A stretch of DNA of 64,000 nt, taken from Spirochaetia bacterium (GTDB taxonomy: Bacteria > Spirochaetota > Spirochaetia > DSM-27196 > Salinispiraceae). How positions within the stretch are numbered: position 1 is the stretch's first letter; the number at the start of each line of letters is the position of its first letter. A program made the translations under genes and the position numbers. Positions 1 through 9,295 of this stretch are shown in pieces. The stretch covers positions 32,001 through 96,000 of the forward strand of contig JBBRCZ010000005.1 in NCBI GenBank assembly GCA_038204425.1. Direction: 5' to 3'. The notes under the pieces are model-generated. The model saw nothing but the letters and a program-made list of their open reading frames with translations. It was not told where the DNA came from and did not search any database.

Positions 1-618
1 CAGCGCAAGAAACCTGCCCTATTTGGCCTGATCCTGACGGGAGGAAAATCGCAGCGCATGGGCAGCGACAAGGCATTGTTGCCGTACCATGGCCAAAGTC
101 AGATAAAACGAGCCGCAGCGCTCTTGGAGCAGACCTGCCAAGAGGTTTTTGTTTCGTGCCGTGCTGACCAAGAGCATGACCCTGTTAGGAGCAAGTACGA
201 AAGCATTGCGGATAGCTTTGCAGCTATGGGACCAACATCGGGCATACTTTCGGCACTGCGTTTTGGCAATGAGCGCGCCAAGCAAACTGCGGGGTTGCCG
301 CCTGCTTGGTTGGTCTTGGCTTGCGACTTGCCCAAGGTGGATGCTCATGTTTTGGCCCAATTGACCCAAGCGAGAGATTTTTTTCGCTTTGCGACTGCAT
401 TTTACAACAGCGATGGTTTGCCAGAACCGCTTTGTACCATCTATGAGCCCAAGGCCTACGGCAGACTATTGCAGTTTATTGCCCGTGCTTATGAATGCCC
501 AAGAAAGTTTTTGATCAATAGCCGCATCAAGACTTTGGCGCCACCAAGCCCAGATTGCCTCGACAATGCCAATTCTCCCGAGGACTACCAAAGGATTAGC
601 CATGATCTCAGTAGCTGA
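1..618 (+). CDS. mobA: Molybdenum cofactor guanylyltransferase (5'-partial; frame is open from base 1)
   Basis: Frame 1 reads ...FGLILTGGKSQRMGSDKALL (MobA LAGGxSxRMG motif), GPTSG, LACDLP, EPLCTIY; first gene of a Moco cluster. Confidence 0.9.
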   Translation, partial: QRKKPALFGLILTGGKSQRMGSDKALLPYHGQSQIKRAAALLEQTCQEVFVSCRADQEHDPVRSKYESIADSFAAMGPTSGILSALRFGNERAKQTAGLPPAWLVLACDLPKVDAHVLAQLTQARDFFRFATAFYNSDGLPEPLCTIYEPKAYGRLLQFIARAYECPRKFLINSRIKTLAPPSPDCLDNANSPEDYQRISHDLSS

Positions 619-1843
619 AGCCGACGCAGTTATCAGCAAGGCTGTAAAAGAGAGTTATGCTGAGCGAGTTTACGTCCAACCCTATCAAAAAGTCTCACTT
701 GAGTCTTCATTGGGAAGAACTATGACCGAGGACTTGCTTGCAGACCGAGACCAGCCACCTTTTGACAGGGTTGCTATGGATGGTTTATCCATCAAGTTCG
801 ATCCTGCCGTTTTGGACCAAACACTCAATAAAGTTGCATATCTGCAGGCTGGAAGCCCAAACATTTTTGGTTCACCATGGACGCAAGCTAATGATGCACT
901 GGAAGTAATGACGGGTGCCGCCTTAATAGAGCCATGGAATACCATCATCCCGTGGGAGGACTTGGACCAAGTCGGCACCGACAACCTTGGTAGTTGGCGC
1001 ATTAAGGCAGGACTTAGGGTCCGTGAGGATCAACACATTCATCATCGCGCTAGTGATTATGCAGCCGGACAAAACTTGCTGCAGTCCGGCACTACCATCG
1101 GACCTGCACATATTCACTTGCTAGCAAGCAACGGCGTAAGCAACGTAAGTGTCTACCGCCAGCCTCAAATTGCACTTGTATCTACAGGTGACGAGCTTGT
1201 GGCGGTGGAAGATACACCCTTGCCCCATCAAATCCGGCGCAGCAACCTAATAGCGATAGCCGCCGCCTTACACCGCCTTGGCCTAACGAGCAAGTATAAC
1301 GCTCATGCCATTGATGAGCGGGAAGACTTACATACCAAGCTGGCTCTTGCCCTCCAGACCTGCGACATTGTGATTGTTTCTGGTGCCGTTTCAATGGGCA
1401 GTTTTGACTTAGTGCCTTCCATCTTGCAAGAACTGGGCTGCTCGTGCCTCTTTCACAAGATTGCGCAAAAGCCAGGCAAGCCATTATGGTTTGGCAAAGG
1501 GCCACACGGCCAATTGATTTTTGCGCTTCCTGGCAATCCTGTTTCTAGTTTAGTATGCTTTAGACGCTTGGTTCTTCCTTGGATATGCCCCGCTTTAAAT
1601 GCTGCCAACATGCTTCACCTTCCCTTGGCAGAAGACTGCAATCCTGCTCACAGTGGCTTTACCCGTTTTGCACCAGCATGCCTTGTGGATCAAGGATTTG
1701 GCCCGAGCCAACTCAGCCTAGGCAAAGCACAAGGCTCAGGAAACTTTTTTAGTTTGATACCCAGTGATGGAATAGTAGAAATTCCGCCAAATGATAAACC
1801 CTACCCGGCGGGAAGCGTCGTTCGCTTCTTTCCTTGGTATTAA
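602..1843 (+). CDS. moeA: Molybdopterin molybdotransferase MoeA
   Basis: PPFDRVAMDG, VSTGDEL, SGAVSMGSFD, QKPGKP and ALPGNPVS motifs; start placed at ATG 602 (MISVAEAD). Confidence 0.93.
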   Translation: MISVAEADAVISKAVKESYAERVYVQPYQKVSLESSLGRTMTEDLLADRDQPPFDRVAMDGLSIKFDPAVLDQTLNKVAYLQAGSPNIFGSPWTQANDALEVMTGAALIEPWNTIIPWEDLDQVGTDNLGSWRIKAGLRVREDQHIHHRASDYAAGQNLLQSGTTIGPAHIHLLASNGVSNVSVYRQPQIALVSTGDELVAVEDTPLPHQIRRSNLIAIAAALHRLGLTSKYNAHAIDEREDLHTKLALALQTCDIVIVSGAVSMGSFDLVPSILQELGCSCLFHKIAQKPGKPLWFGKGPHGQLIFALPGNPVSSLVCFRRLVLPWICPALNAANMLHLPLAEDCNPAHSGFTRFAPACLVDQGFGPSQLSLGKAQGSGNFFSLIPSDGIVEIPPNDKPYPAGSVVRFFPWY

Positions 1844-1853
1844 GGATACAGCT

Positions 1854-2093
1854 ATGACCGTTCGTCTTCGATACTTTGCGGCATTTAGAGAAATCTGCCA
1901 ATTGGACCAAGAGACCTATTGCGGCCAGTTTAAAACTGTGGCCGATCTATATGAGCTTATTTGCAAAAAATATCAGTTTACGCTGAATATGCAACAAACT
2001 CGTCCTGCGATTAACGACCGTTTTTGTGCTTGGGACAATGCTCTTCAAGAAAATGACTTGGTAGTGTTTATTCCTCCTGTGGCTGGAGGCTGA
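1854..2093 (+). CDS. moaD: Molybdopterin synthase sulfur carrier subunit
   Basis: 79 aa, YFAAFRE near the N-terminus, C-terminal PPVAGG; AAGGA RBS upstream of ATG 1854. Confidence 0.93.
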   Translation: MTVRLRYFAAFREICQLDQETYCGQFKTVADLYELICKKYQFTLNMQQTRPAINDRFCAWDNALQENDLVVFIPPVAGG

Positions 2094-2095
2094 GT

Positions 2096-2554
2096 ATGTC
2101 ACTACAAAACGAGGCCAACACTCGGGCCAAATTTATGTTGAGTCAAGGCCCTGTACATTTAGAGTACCAGCATTCTTGCAGTCCAGAATCGGGCGCCTTA
2201 GTCAGCTTTGATGGTTTAGTTCGCAACAACAACGAAGGCAAAGACGTCTTACGACTTGAATACTCGGCCTATGCCGAACTAGCCCTGCACGAAGGTAGTC
2301 TGATCGTTAAAGAGGCTGTTGACTGTTTCGCTTTGCAGGCCGCCCTTTGCAGTCACGCTCTTGGTGTACTTGAAATAGGCCAGCTTGCGGTCAGCATTAG
2401 GGTTTGGGCCTCGCATCGCGGTGAGGGCTTTGAAGCCTGCCGTTGGATTATTGACCAAGTAAAGTCTCGCGTCCCTATCTGGAAGAAAGAAAGCTACACC
2501 GACGGGACATGCGAATGGGTCTTGTGCCAGCATGTGGGACACCATGGACACTGA
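2096..2554 (+). CDS. moaE: Molybdopterin synthase catalytic subunit
   Basis: GALVSFDGLVRN, LEYSAY, HR, and KSRVPIWKKE motifs. Confidence 0.93.
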   Translation: MSLQNEANTRAKFMLSQGPVHLEYQHSCSPESGALVSFDGLVRNNNEGKDVLRLEYSAYAELALHEGSLIVKEAVDCFALQAALCSHALGVLEIGQLAVSIRVWASHRGEGFEACRWIIDQVKSRVPIWKKESYTDGTCEWVLCQHVGHHGH

Positions 2555-3653
2555 CGAAGCGCCCTCCAGCCAACGCTATCAACGCCACTTTGGCCTCGAA
2601 GGCTGGGGTTCGGCTGGTCAGAAAAAGCTAGGCAAGACCAGAGTATTGATTGTTGGACTGGGCGGACTTGGTTGTCCGGCCGCGCGCTATTTGGCGGCCG
2701 CTGGCGTCGGCACTCTGATCTTGATGGACCCTGACAAGGTAGAACTGAGTAATCTTCAAAGGCAAGTTCTCTACGATGATGCCGACTGCGGCTCGACCAA
2801 AGTCAGCGTAGCCGGCCACAAGTTGCGCGCACAAAATCCCTTAATCAAGGTCGTAGAAATAAAGGACTATTTTAGAGCAGACATCGATCCAGATTTTGTT
2901 GCGTCACTTGACCTAGTTCTTGATTGCACCGACAATTTTGCAAGTCGCTTTGCAATTCATGATATTTGCAGACAATTTTCAATCAACCTTGTACAAGCTG
3001 CCCTCTACACATGGGAGGGTCAACTGGCAGTTTTTGACTTTGGCGAACAGACGCAAGGTCCTTGTCTACGCTGCCTGTGGCCAGAGCAGCCGCTCGACGG
3101 TTGTGTTGGAACTTGTGGTGAACTTGGCGTAGCCGGAGCCCTGGCAGGTGCGCTCGGAAGCCTTCAGGCCTTAAGTGGACTACGTATTTTGCTCGGCCTG
3201 CCATGCCAAAAGCGCGGCGAGCTCTTTATTCTCGATGGACGTAACATGCAAAGTCGCATCTTAAACTGGGAAGTCTGCACCACATGCAGCTGCCAACGAG
3301 TCGCCAAGTACGATAAAGCGCACGTCCTGGCAACACACCCGACCAGCGACTTTGATCAATTGAACCAGAAAGTGATACTCGATATTCGAGAAACCCACGA
3401 AATCGGCCTGGATGACTACAGCATCTTAGAAAATTATGGCGCTAGCCGCATCACCCACCTTTCCAAAAGCAAACTGGTGAGCATGTCAGCTCAAGCCATT
3501 GCTCAACACTGCGGTCCCAACAATGAGCCAGTCACTATCATCTGCTCCGCCGGAGTGCGCAGCGCCATAATAGTCGACTATCTAAAAAAAAACGGTTACC
3601 AGAACTTTGTTTCTTTGGATGGGGGCATGATGGGTATCAAGCAAAGGCGCTAA
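2544..3653 (+). CDS. moeB: MoeB/MoeZ-type adenylyltransferase with C-terminal rhodanese domain
   Basis: RYQRH, GLGGLG, SNLQRQ, DCTDNF, CLRC/CTTC zinc ligands; C-terminal rhodanese ICSAGVRS...SLDGG. Confidence 0.9.
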   Translation: MDTDEAPSSQRYQRHFGLEGWGSAGQKKLGKTRVLIVGLGGLGCPAARYLAAAGVGTLILMDPDKVELSNLQRQVLYDDADCGSTKVSVAGHKLRAQNPLIKVVEIKDYFRADIDPDFVASLDLVLDCTDNFASRFAIHDICRQFSINLVQAALYTWEGQLAVFDFGEQTQGPCLRCLWPEQPLDGCVGTCGELGVAGALAGALGSLQALSGLRILLGLPCQKRGELFILDGRNMQSRILNWEVCTTCSCQRVAKYDKAHVLATHPTSDFDQLNQKVILDIRETHEIGLDDYSILENYGASRITHLSKSKLVSMSAQAIAQHCGPNNEPVTIICSAGVRSAIIVDYLKKNGYQNFVSLDGGMMGIKQRR

Positions 3654-3660
3654 TGGAACC

Positions 3661-3699
3661 TTGACTCACCAGTCAATATATGTACATATGTACATATAT
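3661..3699 (+). promoter_or_regulatory. Putative ars promoter/operator: TTGACT -35 and a perfect 24-bp palindrome
   Basis: TTGACT at 3661-3666; ATATATGTACATATGTACATATAT at 3676-3699 is its own reverse complement and overlaps the likely ATG at 3698. Confidence 0.6.
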
Positions 3700-4576
3700 G
3701 CACTCTTTCAGCTACTTTCAGGCACTTTCCGACGAAACGCGACTGCGTTGTTTTAGGGTTTTGGCTTCTAGCCCAGTAAGTCTATGTGTAGCTGAGTTGG
3801 TCGATATAGTGCAGAAAGCTCAATACAGCATTAGCCATTCACTGGCCGAACTTCGTAAAGCAGAGCTCGTGCTTGAAGACCGTCAAGGAAAACTAGTTTT
3901 TTACTCACCAAACTTTAACGGTGCCACAGGTGCCGCCATAAAAGAACTCTCTCGTTGGGTAATCAATCACTGTGAATGCCATGACTTAAGCCAGGCTGCT
4001 AAAAACAAGAACAATGACGGCTCGTCGCGTCCTGGCAACAAAACGTGTGGCTACGACCATGAGCGACTGCAATGGCGGCTGGCGATGCGAAACGACGGAA
4101 ACGTTGTATACACTTACCGTCAGCAGAGTTCTCTCACAAAAACGGCCACCTACAAAGCTAGGGTACTGTTTGTTTGCACTCACAACGCTGCCCGCAGCCA
4201 GATCGCTAGCGCCTACTTACGTCAACTTGCCCCAGATTCATTTGAGGCACAGAGCGCTGGAATAGAACCCGGCCAACTCAACCCTTATGTGATTAAAGTT
4301 CTCGCCGAACAAAGTATCGACATTTCTGCCAATAAGCCGCGCTCGGTCGCCGAAGTCTATCAGAACGCCAATACTTACGATTACGTGATAACTGTTTGCA
4401 GTCCGGAAGCCGAGGCCGACTGCCCGGTCTTTCCTGGGCCTGTCCAACGCCTTTCTTGGCCTTTTGCCGATCCGAGCAAATTTACTGGAACTGAAGAAGA
4501 AATTATGCAAGGCGTTAGGTCGCTTTGCCACAAGATAAAAGGCAAGATTGAGGAGTTTATTGATGAACAAAGTTAA
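3698..4576 (+). CDS. ArsR-family regulator fused to thioredoxin-type arsenate reductase domain
   Basis: N-terminal FQALSDETRLR..LCVAEL..ISHSLAELRKAELV wHTH; C-terminal CTHNAARSQ P-loop, CSPEAEADCP and FADP; start 3680 or 3698. Confidence 0.85.
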   Translation: MHSFSYFQALSDETRLRCFRVLASSPVSLCVAELVDIVQKAQYSISHSLAELRKAELVLEDRQGKLVFYSPNFNGATGAAIKELSRWVINHCECHDLSQAAKNKNNDGSSRPGNKTCGYDHERLQWRLAMRNDGNVVYTYRQQSSLTKTATYKARVLFVCTHNAARSQIASAYLRQLAPDSFEAQSAGIEPGQLNPYVIKVLAEQSIDISANKPRSVAEVYQNANTYDYVITVCSPEAEADCPVFPGPVQRLSWPFADPSKFTGTEEEIMQGVRSLCHKIKGKIEEFIDEQS

Positions 4577-5648
4577 GCCCTCGGGCGCGGGGATCAGTTT
4601 TTTTGAACGCTACCTAACTTTATGGGTTTTAATCTGTATGGCAGCCGGCATTGCTATCGGCCAGTTTTTGCCGAGCATACCGCGCTTTCTTGGACAGTTT
4701 GAGTACGCCAAAATCTCGATACCAATCGCTATACTTATTTGGGTGATGGTCTACCCCATGATGATGAAGGTAGACTTTAAAAGCATCTTAAATGTCGGCA
4801 AAAACCCTCAAGGATTGTTTGTCACATGGATTGCCAATTGGGTCATCAAGCCGTTTACCATGTTTGGTATTTCGGCCTTCTTCTTCTATGTAGTATTTCA
4901 GGCGCTAATTCCACCGCAACTGGCCAAAGACTATTTGGCTGGAGCTGTCCTCTTGGGTGCGGCACCGTGCACTGCCATGGTCTTTGTCTGGAGTCATCTA
5001 ACCAAAGGAAACCCAGCTTATACGGTAGTGCAAGTTGCCACCAATGATCTTATCATTTTGGTCGCCTTTGCACCGATTGTAGCCCTACTGCTTGGTGTTT
5101 CAGGCGTTCCAATCCCCTGGGATACCTTGCTCTTGTCAGTTTTACTTTTTGTCCTCATTCCCTTGAGCGCTGGCATAATTACTCGGCTGGCAATTGTAAA
5201 GAAAAGTGGCCTCGACTTCTTCCAGAAAGAATTTTTGCCAAAGTTTAACAACGTCACCATAATTGGCCTGCTACTAACTCTGGTAATAATCTTTTCCTTC
5301 CAAGGAGAAGTGATTCTCGCCAATCCGCTACACATACTCTTAATTGCAGTTCCTCTGATTATTCAAACAGTGCTAATTTTTGCCCTTGCCTATGGGGCCT
5401 GTAAAGCACTCAAACTGCCACACGACATCGCCGCTCCAGCCGGCATGGTGGGAGCTTCTAACTTTTTTGAACTCTCCGTAGCAGTTGCAATCGCAATCTT
5501 TGGCCCAAGCTCACCAGTGGCCTTGGCGACTATCGTAGGCGTTTTAGTGGAAGTTCCGGTGATGCTTGGCTTAGTTAAGTTTGCCAATCGAACCAAAGCT
5601 TGGTTTCCACCAAGTCAACCGCAATCAAAAATAGAAGGAGCACAATGA
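4563..5648 (+). CDS. acr3: Arsenite efflux pump Acr3
   Basis: FFERYLTLWV, GAAPCTAMVFVW, GASNFFELSVAVAI and GVLVEVPVML motifs; GAGGAG RBS. Confidence 0.95.
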   Translation: MNKVKPSGAGISFFERYLTLWVLICMAAGIAIGQFLPSIPRFLGQFEYAKISIPIAILIWVMVYPMMMKVDFKSILNVGKNPQGLFVTWIANWVIKPFTMFGISAFFFYVVFQALIPPQLAKDYLAGAVLLGAAPCTAMVFVWSHLTKGNPAYTVVQVATNDLIILVAFAPIVALLLGVSGVPIPWDTLLLSVLLFVLIPLSAGIITRLAIVKKSGLDFFQKEFLPKFNNVTIIGLLLTLVIIFSFQGEVILANPLHILLIAVPLIIQTVLIFALAYGACKALKLPHDIAAPAGMVGASNFFELSVAVAIAIFGPSSPVALATIVGVLVEVPVMLGLVKFANRTKAWFPPSQPQSKIEGAQ

Positions 5649-6076
5649 TGGACAAAAAACGAGTAATATTTATCTGCATCCACAACTCCGGTCGCAGCCA
5701 AATTGGCGAAGCATTTTTGCGCCACATGGCCGGCGATCGCTTTGAAGTGCATAGCGCAGGTATAGAAGCTGGTAAACTCAATCCCTTGGTCGTCAAGGCC
5801 ATGGAAGAACGCAAGATCAGCATGGAAGGACATTTTGCCAAAAAAGCAAGTGACTATATTGAGCGAAGCGAACAGTTTGACTACATCATTACGGTTTGTG
5901 ACGAGATCAACGCCGAACGCTGCCCAGTTTTTCCAGGAAAAGCAAAACGCCTGCATTGGGGATTTCCAGACCCCAGCGCGCTTGGCGGCAGCGATATCGA
6001 AAAGTTGGCCGCCATTCGGCCAATACGAGACAACATTGAAGCCAAGATTAAAGAATGGATCAGTGATCCAGTTTAA
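5645..6076 (+). CDS. arsC: Arsenate reductase (thioredoxin-coupled, LMWP fold)
   Basis: CIHNSGRSQ, TVCDEINAERCP, HWGFPDP; ATGA overlap with acr3. Confidence 0.92.
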   Translation: MMDKKRVIFICIHNSGRSQIGEAFLRHMAGDRFEVHSAGIEAGKLNPLVVKAMEERKISMEGHFAKKASDYIERSEQFDYIITVCDEINAERCPVFPGKAKRLHWGFPDPSALGGSDIEKLAAIRPIRDNIEAKIKEWISDPV

Positions 6077-6105
6077 AAAAAGCGCCCCGCTAGGCGCTTT
6101 TTTTT
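6075..6105. terminator. Rho-independent terminator, likely bidirectional
   Basis: A7-GCGCC-ccgcta-GGCGC-T8 immediately after the arsC stop. Confidence 0.85.
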
Positions 6106-6149
6106 GCTTATTCTTGTCAACTATTCATTAATTTTTTTACAAAACCCTC

Positions 6150-6202
6150 TTTACAAACATACTATACGGGTTTACATTGTAGTTAGGTTTATTCTATAAA
6201 CC
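6150..6202 (+). promoter_or_regulatory. sigma70-like promoter with downstream inverted repeat (candidate operator)
   Basis: TTTACA (6150)-17 bp-TACATT (6173); GGTTTAT-tct-ATAAACC at 6186-6202. Confidence 0.5.
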
Positions 6203-6219
6203 AGTTTATGGAGGAACAA

Positions 6220-6906
6220 ATGAACGAAAATGACCAGAACCCATCAAAAGAGGCGCTCCTAAAAGACCTTTTACTCATTAAAGAAGCTGCCCAAAAAAGC
6301 AACAACCTGTTTAGGTATTTATCCCTGGCTCAGGGAATAAAAAAGCTGGCCTTGTGGGGAACTGGTCTGGTGGCTGTAAGTTGTGGCATCGTTATTTGGC
6401 TACCCCAAAGCCCGTCAATCGAAGCCAGCCAAGAGCTTGCCGTTCAGGTTCTGCTTTACTCACTGCTTGCCGTAAGTGTCGTATTGCTAGGCATCTATAA
6501 AATTCGCCTATTTCTCAACCTTGGTAGAGCCTATCGCAAAGACATCACCTTTTCTCAACTGATGCATGCAGCATTCAGCAAACCGCTCTTGCGCCACTTA
6601 ATTCCGCAAGCTCTTGTCATGATTGCGTTGATAATCTTTTTTTCCTGGCGCGGTGAGCATATTTTTATAGTGCCAATTGTCACGCTCTTTTTTTCGATCA
6701 TCATATTTTCGATGATTGCCCACCTAGGCATGCGTGAGCTCTTTGGCTTTGCATTTTGGCTCTTAATTAGCGGAATTGCAAGTCTGTTTCTCGCTCCCTA
6801 TCTGTCCACGCCACTAATGATACTAAGCAACTTGGGCATTGGAATGCTTGCGCTTTACTTCGGTGCACTTGTGGTAAGCCGCCGACAAAACCGGGGCCAA
6901 AAGTGA
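6220..6906 (+). CDS. Multi-pass membrane protein, unknown function
   Basis: About 6-7 hydrophobic segments; GGAGGA RBS; GTGA overlap with the downstream regulator. Confidence 0.75.
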   Translation: MNENDQNPSKEALLKDLLLIKEAAQKSNNLFRYLSLAQGIKKLALWGTGLVAVSCGIVIWLPQSPSIEASQELAVQVLLYSLLAVSVVLLGIYKIRLFLNLGRAYRKDITFSQLMHAAFSKPLLRHLIPQALVMIALIIFFSWRGEHIFIVPIVTLFFSIIIFSMIAHLGMRELFGFAFWLLISGIASLFLAPYLSTPLMILSNLGIGMLALYFGALVVSRRQNRGQK

Positions 6907-7223
6907 ACAAGAAACCTGAGCATGGGCTGGACAAGGTCATACACGAACGCGCTCGACTCTTGATTATGACCAAACTATCCAGCAGTGACGAGCCCAAGGT
7001 GAGTTTTAACGAACTCAAATCTTCACTCGAGATGACTGCTGGCAACTTATCGGTCCAGCTCGCCAATTTGGAAACTGCCGGCTACGTGTCTATAGAAAAA
7101 CAGTTTGTGGACAAAAAGAGCTCCACCTGCGTGTCAATCACTATGGAAGGTCATCAAGCTTTTTTGTCCTATCTTGACGCGATGGAGCACCTTATTCGAA
7201 GCATAAAGGAGACAAAAGAATAA
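6903..7223 (+). CDS. Winged-helix transcriptional regulator (HTH_34 / MarR-ArsR-like)
   Basis: LDKVIHERARLLIM..SFNELK..MTAGNLSVQLANLETAGYV signature. Confidence 0.88.
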   Translation: MNKKPEHGLDKVIHERARLLIMTKLSSSDEPKVSFNELKSSLEMTAGNLSVQLANLETAGYVSIEKQFVDKKSSTCVSITMEGHQAFLSYLDAMEHLIRSIKETKE

Positions 7224-7418
7224 TGTTTGACGTTAAAGATTTGCAGTTTCGTTACGCAGGTGCCAAAGAAGACACCATTAAAGGAAATAGCTTTTCGTTT
7301 CAAAAAGGTGAAATTCTTTGAGCTAATCAAAAAGCAGCCCATTCAAACTATACATAGTGGCGAAACAACGCTCGACGAGATCTTTATTAAGGTCACGGGG
7401 GTACAACCCAATGAATAA
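7223..7418 (+). pseudogene. ABC exporter ATP-binding subunit with most of the gene deleted
   Basis: ATG 7223 gives MFDVKDLQFRYAGAKEDTIKGNSFSFQKGEIL* (pre-Walker A N-terminus), joined out of frame to FFELIKKQPIQTIHSGETTLDEIFIKVTG (typical C-terminus); no Walker motifs left. Confidence 0.8.
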
Positions 7419-7740
7419 CTTCTTTGTCCTAATTGCCGGCGACCTAAAACGGCTTCGTCGCTACGGCATCTTCTGGGCGAGCTTGGCCGTTAGCCTCTTG
7501 TGGATAATTTTTATCCAAATTGTTGACCTTAAGAATCTGTCGCAGTTTTTTGGGCTCTTTGTGATGGCCGATGCCACGCTGATGTCGTTTTTGTTGGTCG
7601 GCGTTTCGATAATCTAAGAAAAATAAGAGCACGCTCTCAAGACACTCTTGGTAAGTCCGATTAGCGCCGTCGGCTATCTCGGTTCAAAAATCGCTTTTAC
7701 CATCGCTTCAGCGCTAAGTTCTTTGCTTATCCTATATGGC
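7411..7740 (+). pseudogene. ABC-2 type permease 1, nonsense-mutated and truncated
   Basis: One frame reads ...LLVGVSII*EK*EHALKTLLVSPISAVGYLGSK, i.e. the permease motif interrupted by two in-frame TAA codons. Confidence 0.75.
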
Positions 7741-8392
7741 TGGCTTTTCATTGCTCTTGGCGCTTATTGTGCGCTTGCTGGTTCCCTATTTGGAAACCCA
7801 GCTATCGTACTCACTTGCACCTTGGTACCAAATTATCGTCCTAGGGCTTATTCTGCTTGGAACAAGCATCAGCGGTGGCATGGTTGGCTTTTCTATCATA
7901 GACGATAGAGACGATCAGATACTGCAAGCCATCGAAGTTTCGCCGGTCAGCTTTGAGCTTTTCTTGGACATACGGCTTGGCCTGTGCATAGTGCTCGGCT
8001 GGGTCATGGGCATCTTGATTCCGCTTATTGCCCAGCTTGGCGATATCCCATTTCACGTGCGCTTTTTGGTTCCCATTTCGGCCGGCTTGTTTTCTAGTTT
8101 ATGTGCCATGCTGGTCAATTTTTTTGCAAGCAATAAAGTTGAGGGCTTTGCAATGATGAAGGCAGTCGGCTTTATCGTGGCCTTTCCTATTGCATCACAG
8201 TTCTTTAGTGACTTTAAGCAGTATTTTTTTGCCATAGAACCAAACTTTTGGACGGCCAAAGCATTCTCACTTTCGCTCACTGAACATGTCGATTCCGGCG
8301 AGTTCTGGTTCTTTTGGGCGGTAGGAATCGTCTATTTGCTCTTACTAAACTTGCTTGTTTTCAAAATCTTTAAGAAGAGAATCACACGATGA
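7736..8392 (+). CDS. ABC-2 type permease 2 (fluoroquinolone-export-permease-like), probably missing its N-terminus
   Basis: GFSIIDDRDDQILQAIEVSPVS and ASNKVEGFAMMK motifs; no RBS, abuts the truncated permease 1. Confidence 0.7.
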   Translation: MAGFSLLLALIVRLLVPYLETQLSYSLAPWYQIIVLGLILLGTSISGGMVGFSIIDDRDDQILQAIEVSPVSFELFLDIRLGLCIVLGWVMGILIPLIAQLGDIPFHVRFLVPISAGLFSSLCAMLVNFFASNKVEGFAMMKAVGFIVAFPIASQFFSDFKQYFFAIEPNFWTAKAFSLSLTEHVDSGEFWFFWAVGIVYLLLLNLLVFKIFKKRITR

Positions 8393-8411
8393 TTCACCAA
8401 GGAGGAATGAT

Positions 8412-8549
8412 ATGGAATGGTATTTTTGGGTACTGATTGTGCTGGCGGTAGCTTTGATTGGATTCCTTAAAGTTAAGTTCTTTAAGTCAATTATTGCCAA
8501 AAAGCACAGAAAAAAGACGACGTCTAGTTCTAATGATGGCCAAGGCTAG
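8412..8549 (+). CDS. Small single-TM protein (45 aa)
   Basis: AAGGAGGA RBS; MEWYFWVLIVLAVALIGFL helix followed by a Lys-rich tail. Confidence 0.7.
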   Translation: MEWYFWVLIVLAVALIGFLKVKFFKSIIAKKHRKKTTSSSNDGQG

Positions 8550-8585
8550 CACTGCAAGATCTGCCTTGGCCATGTCTTTGGCCAT

Positions 8586-9155
8586 TCAGCTAGGCACGGA
8601 ATTATAAAAGACCCTTGTGTCAAAGGGCTGACGGTCGCGGGGCCCCACTTCACTGGCGCGGTGCTTGTCGCTCAAATAGGCTGACTCATCACGATATGAC
8701 AACGCTATTACACAAGCGATCACCCAATCAGATGGAATAGAGAGTTTTTCACGCAATCCAGGCGCGTTAAAACCAGCCATTGGATGGGCAACCACTTCTT
8801 CGTGACTAGCCTGAACCAAGAGGCTCATTACAGCCAATCCAGCGTCAAACATAGCATAGGCTCGGTCATCATCAAGGTTGCAACTTTGACGCCGGTCTGC
8901 GCATGCCACAACAAATACGGGCGCCACTTTGGCCCAATAATTGCCGTCACTCAAACAGGAAACCACGGTTTCGCGCATTGGATCTTCACTGGCGACTACA
9001 AAACGCCAGGACTGCTTGTTGGCACATGATGGCGCAATACTAGCTGCAAATAAAATTCGTTGCACAAGCTCTGGTGCTAGGCTCTTGTTTGACAGTGCAC
9101 GGTACGATTTTCGCTTGGCAAGTACGGGAATCAAGCTCTCTTCGTCAATATCCAT
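8586..9155 (-). CDS. Nitroreductase family protein
   Basis: KRKSYRA, APSCANKQSWRF, FDAG and HPMAGF motifs. Confidence 0.9.
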   Translation of the reverse strand: MDIDEESLIPVLAKRKSYRALSNKSLAPELVQRILFAASIAPSCANKQSWRFVVASEDPMRETVVSCLSDGNYWAKVAPVFVVACADRRQSCNLDDDRAYAMFDAGLAVMSLLVQASHEEVVAHPMAGFNAPGLREKLSIPSDWVIACVIALSYRDESAYLSDKHRASEVGPRDRQPFDTRVFYNSVPS

Positions 9156-9295
9156 CTACAAACCCTCCACAATGGCCTCGATAGGCACCTATAGTTTACC
9201 AAATTTTTGGTGCATCGACTGTACTTATGTAGAGTAAAAAGTGATTGTGTAAAAAACATTTGAACAACGCTTGGCTTTTAAACTATCTTTAAGGC

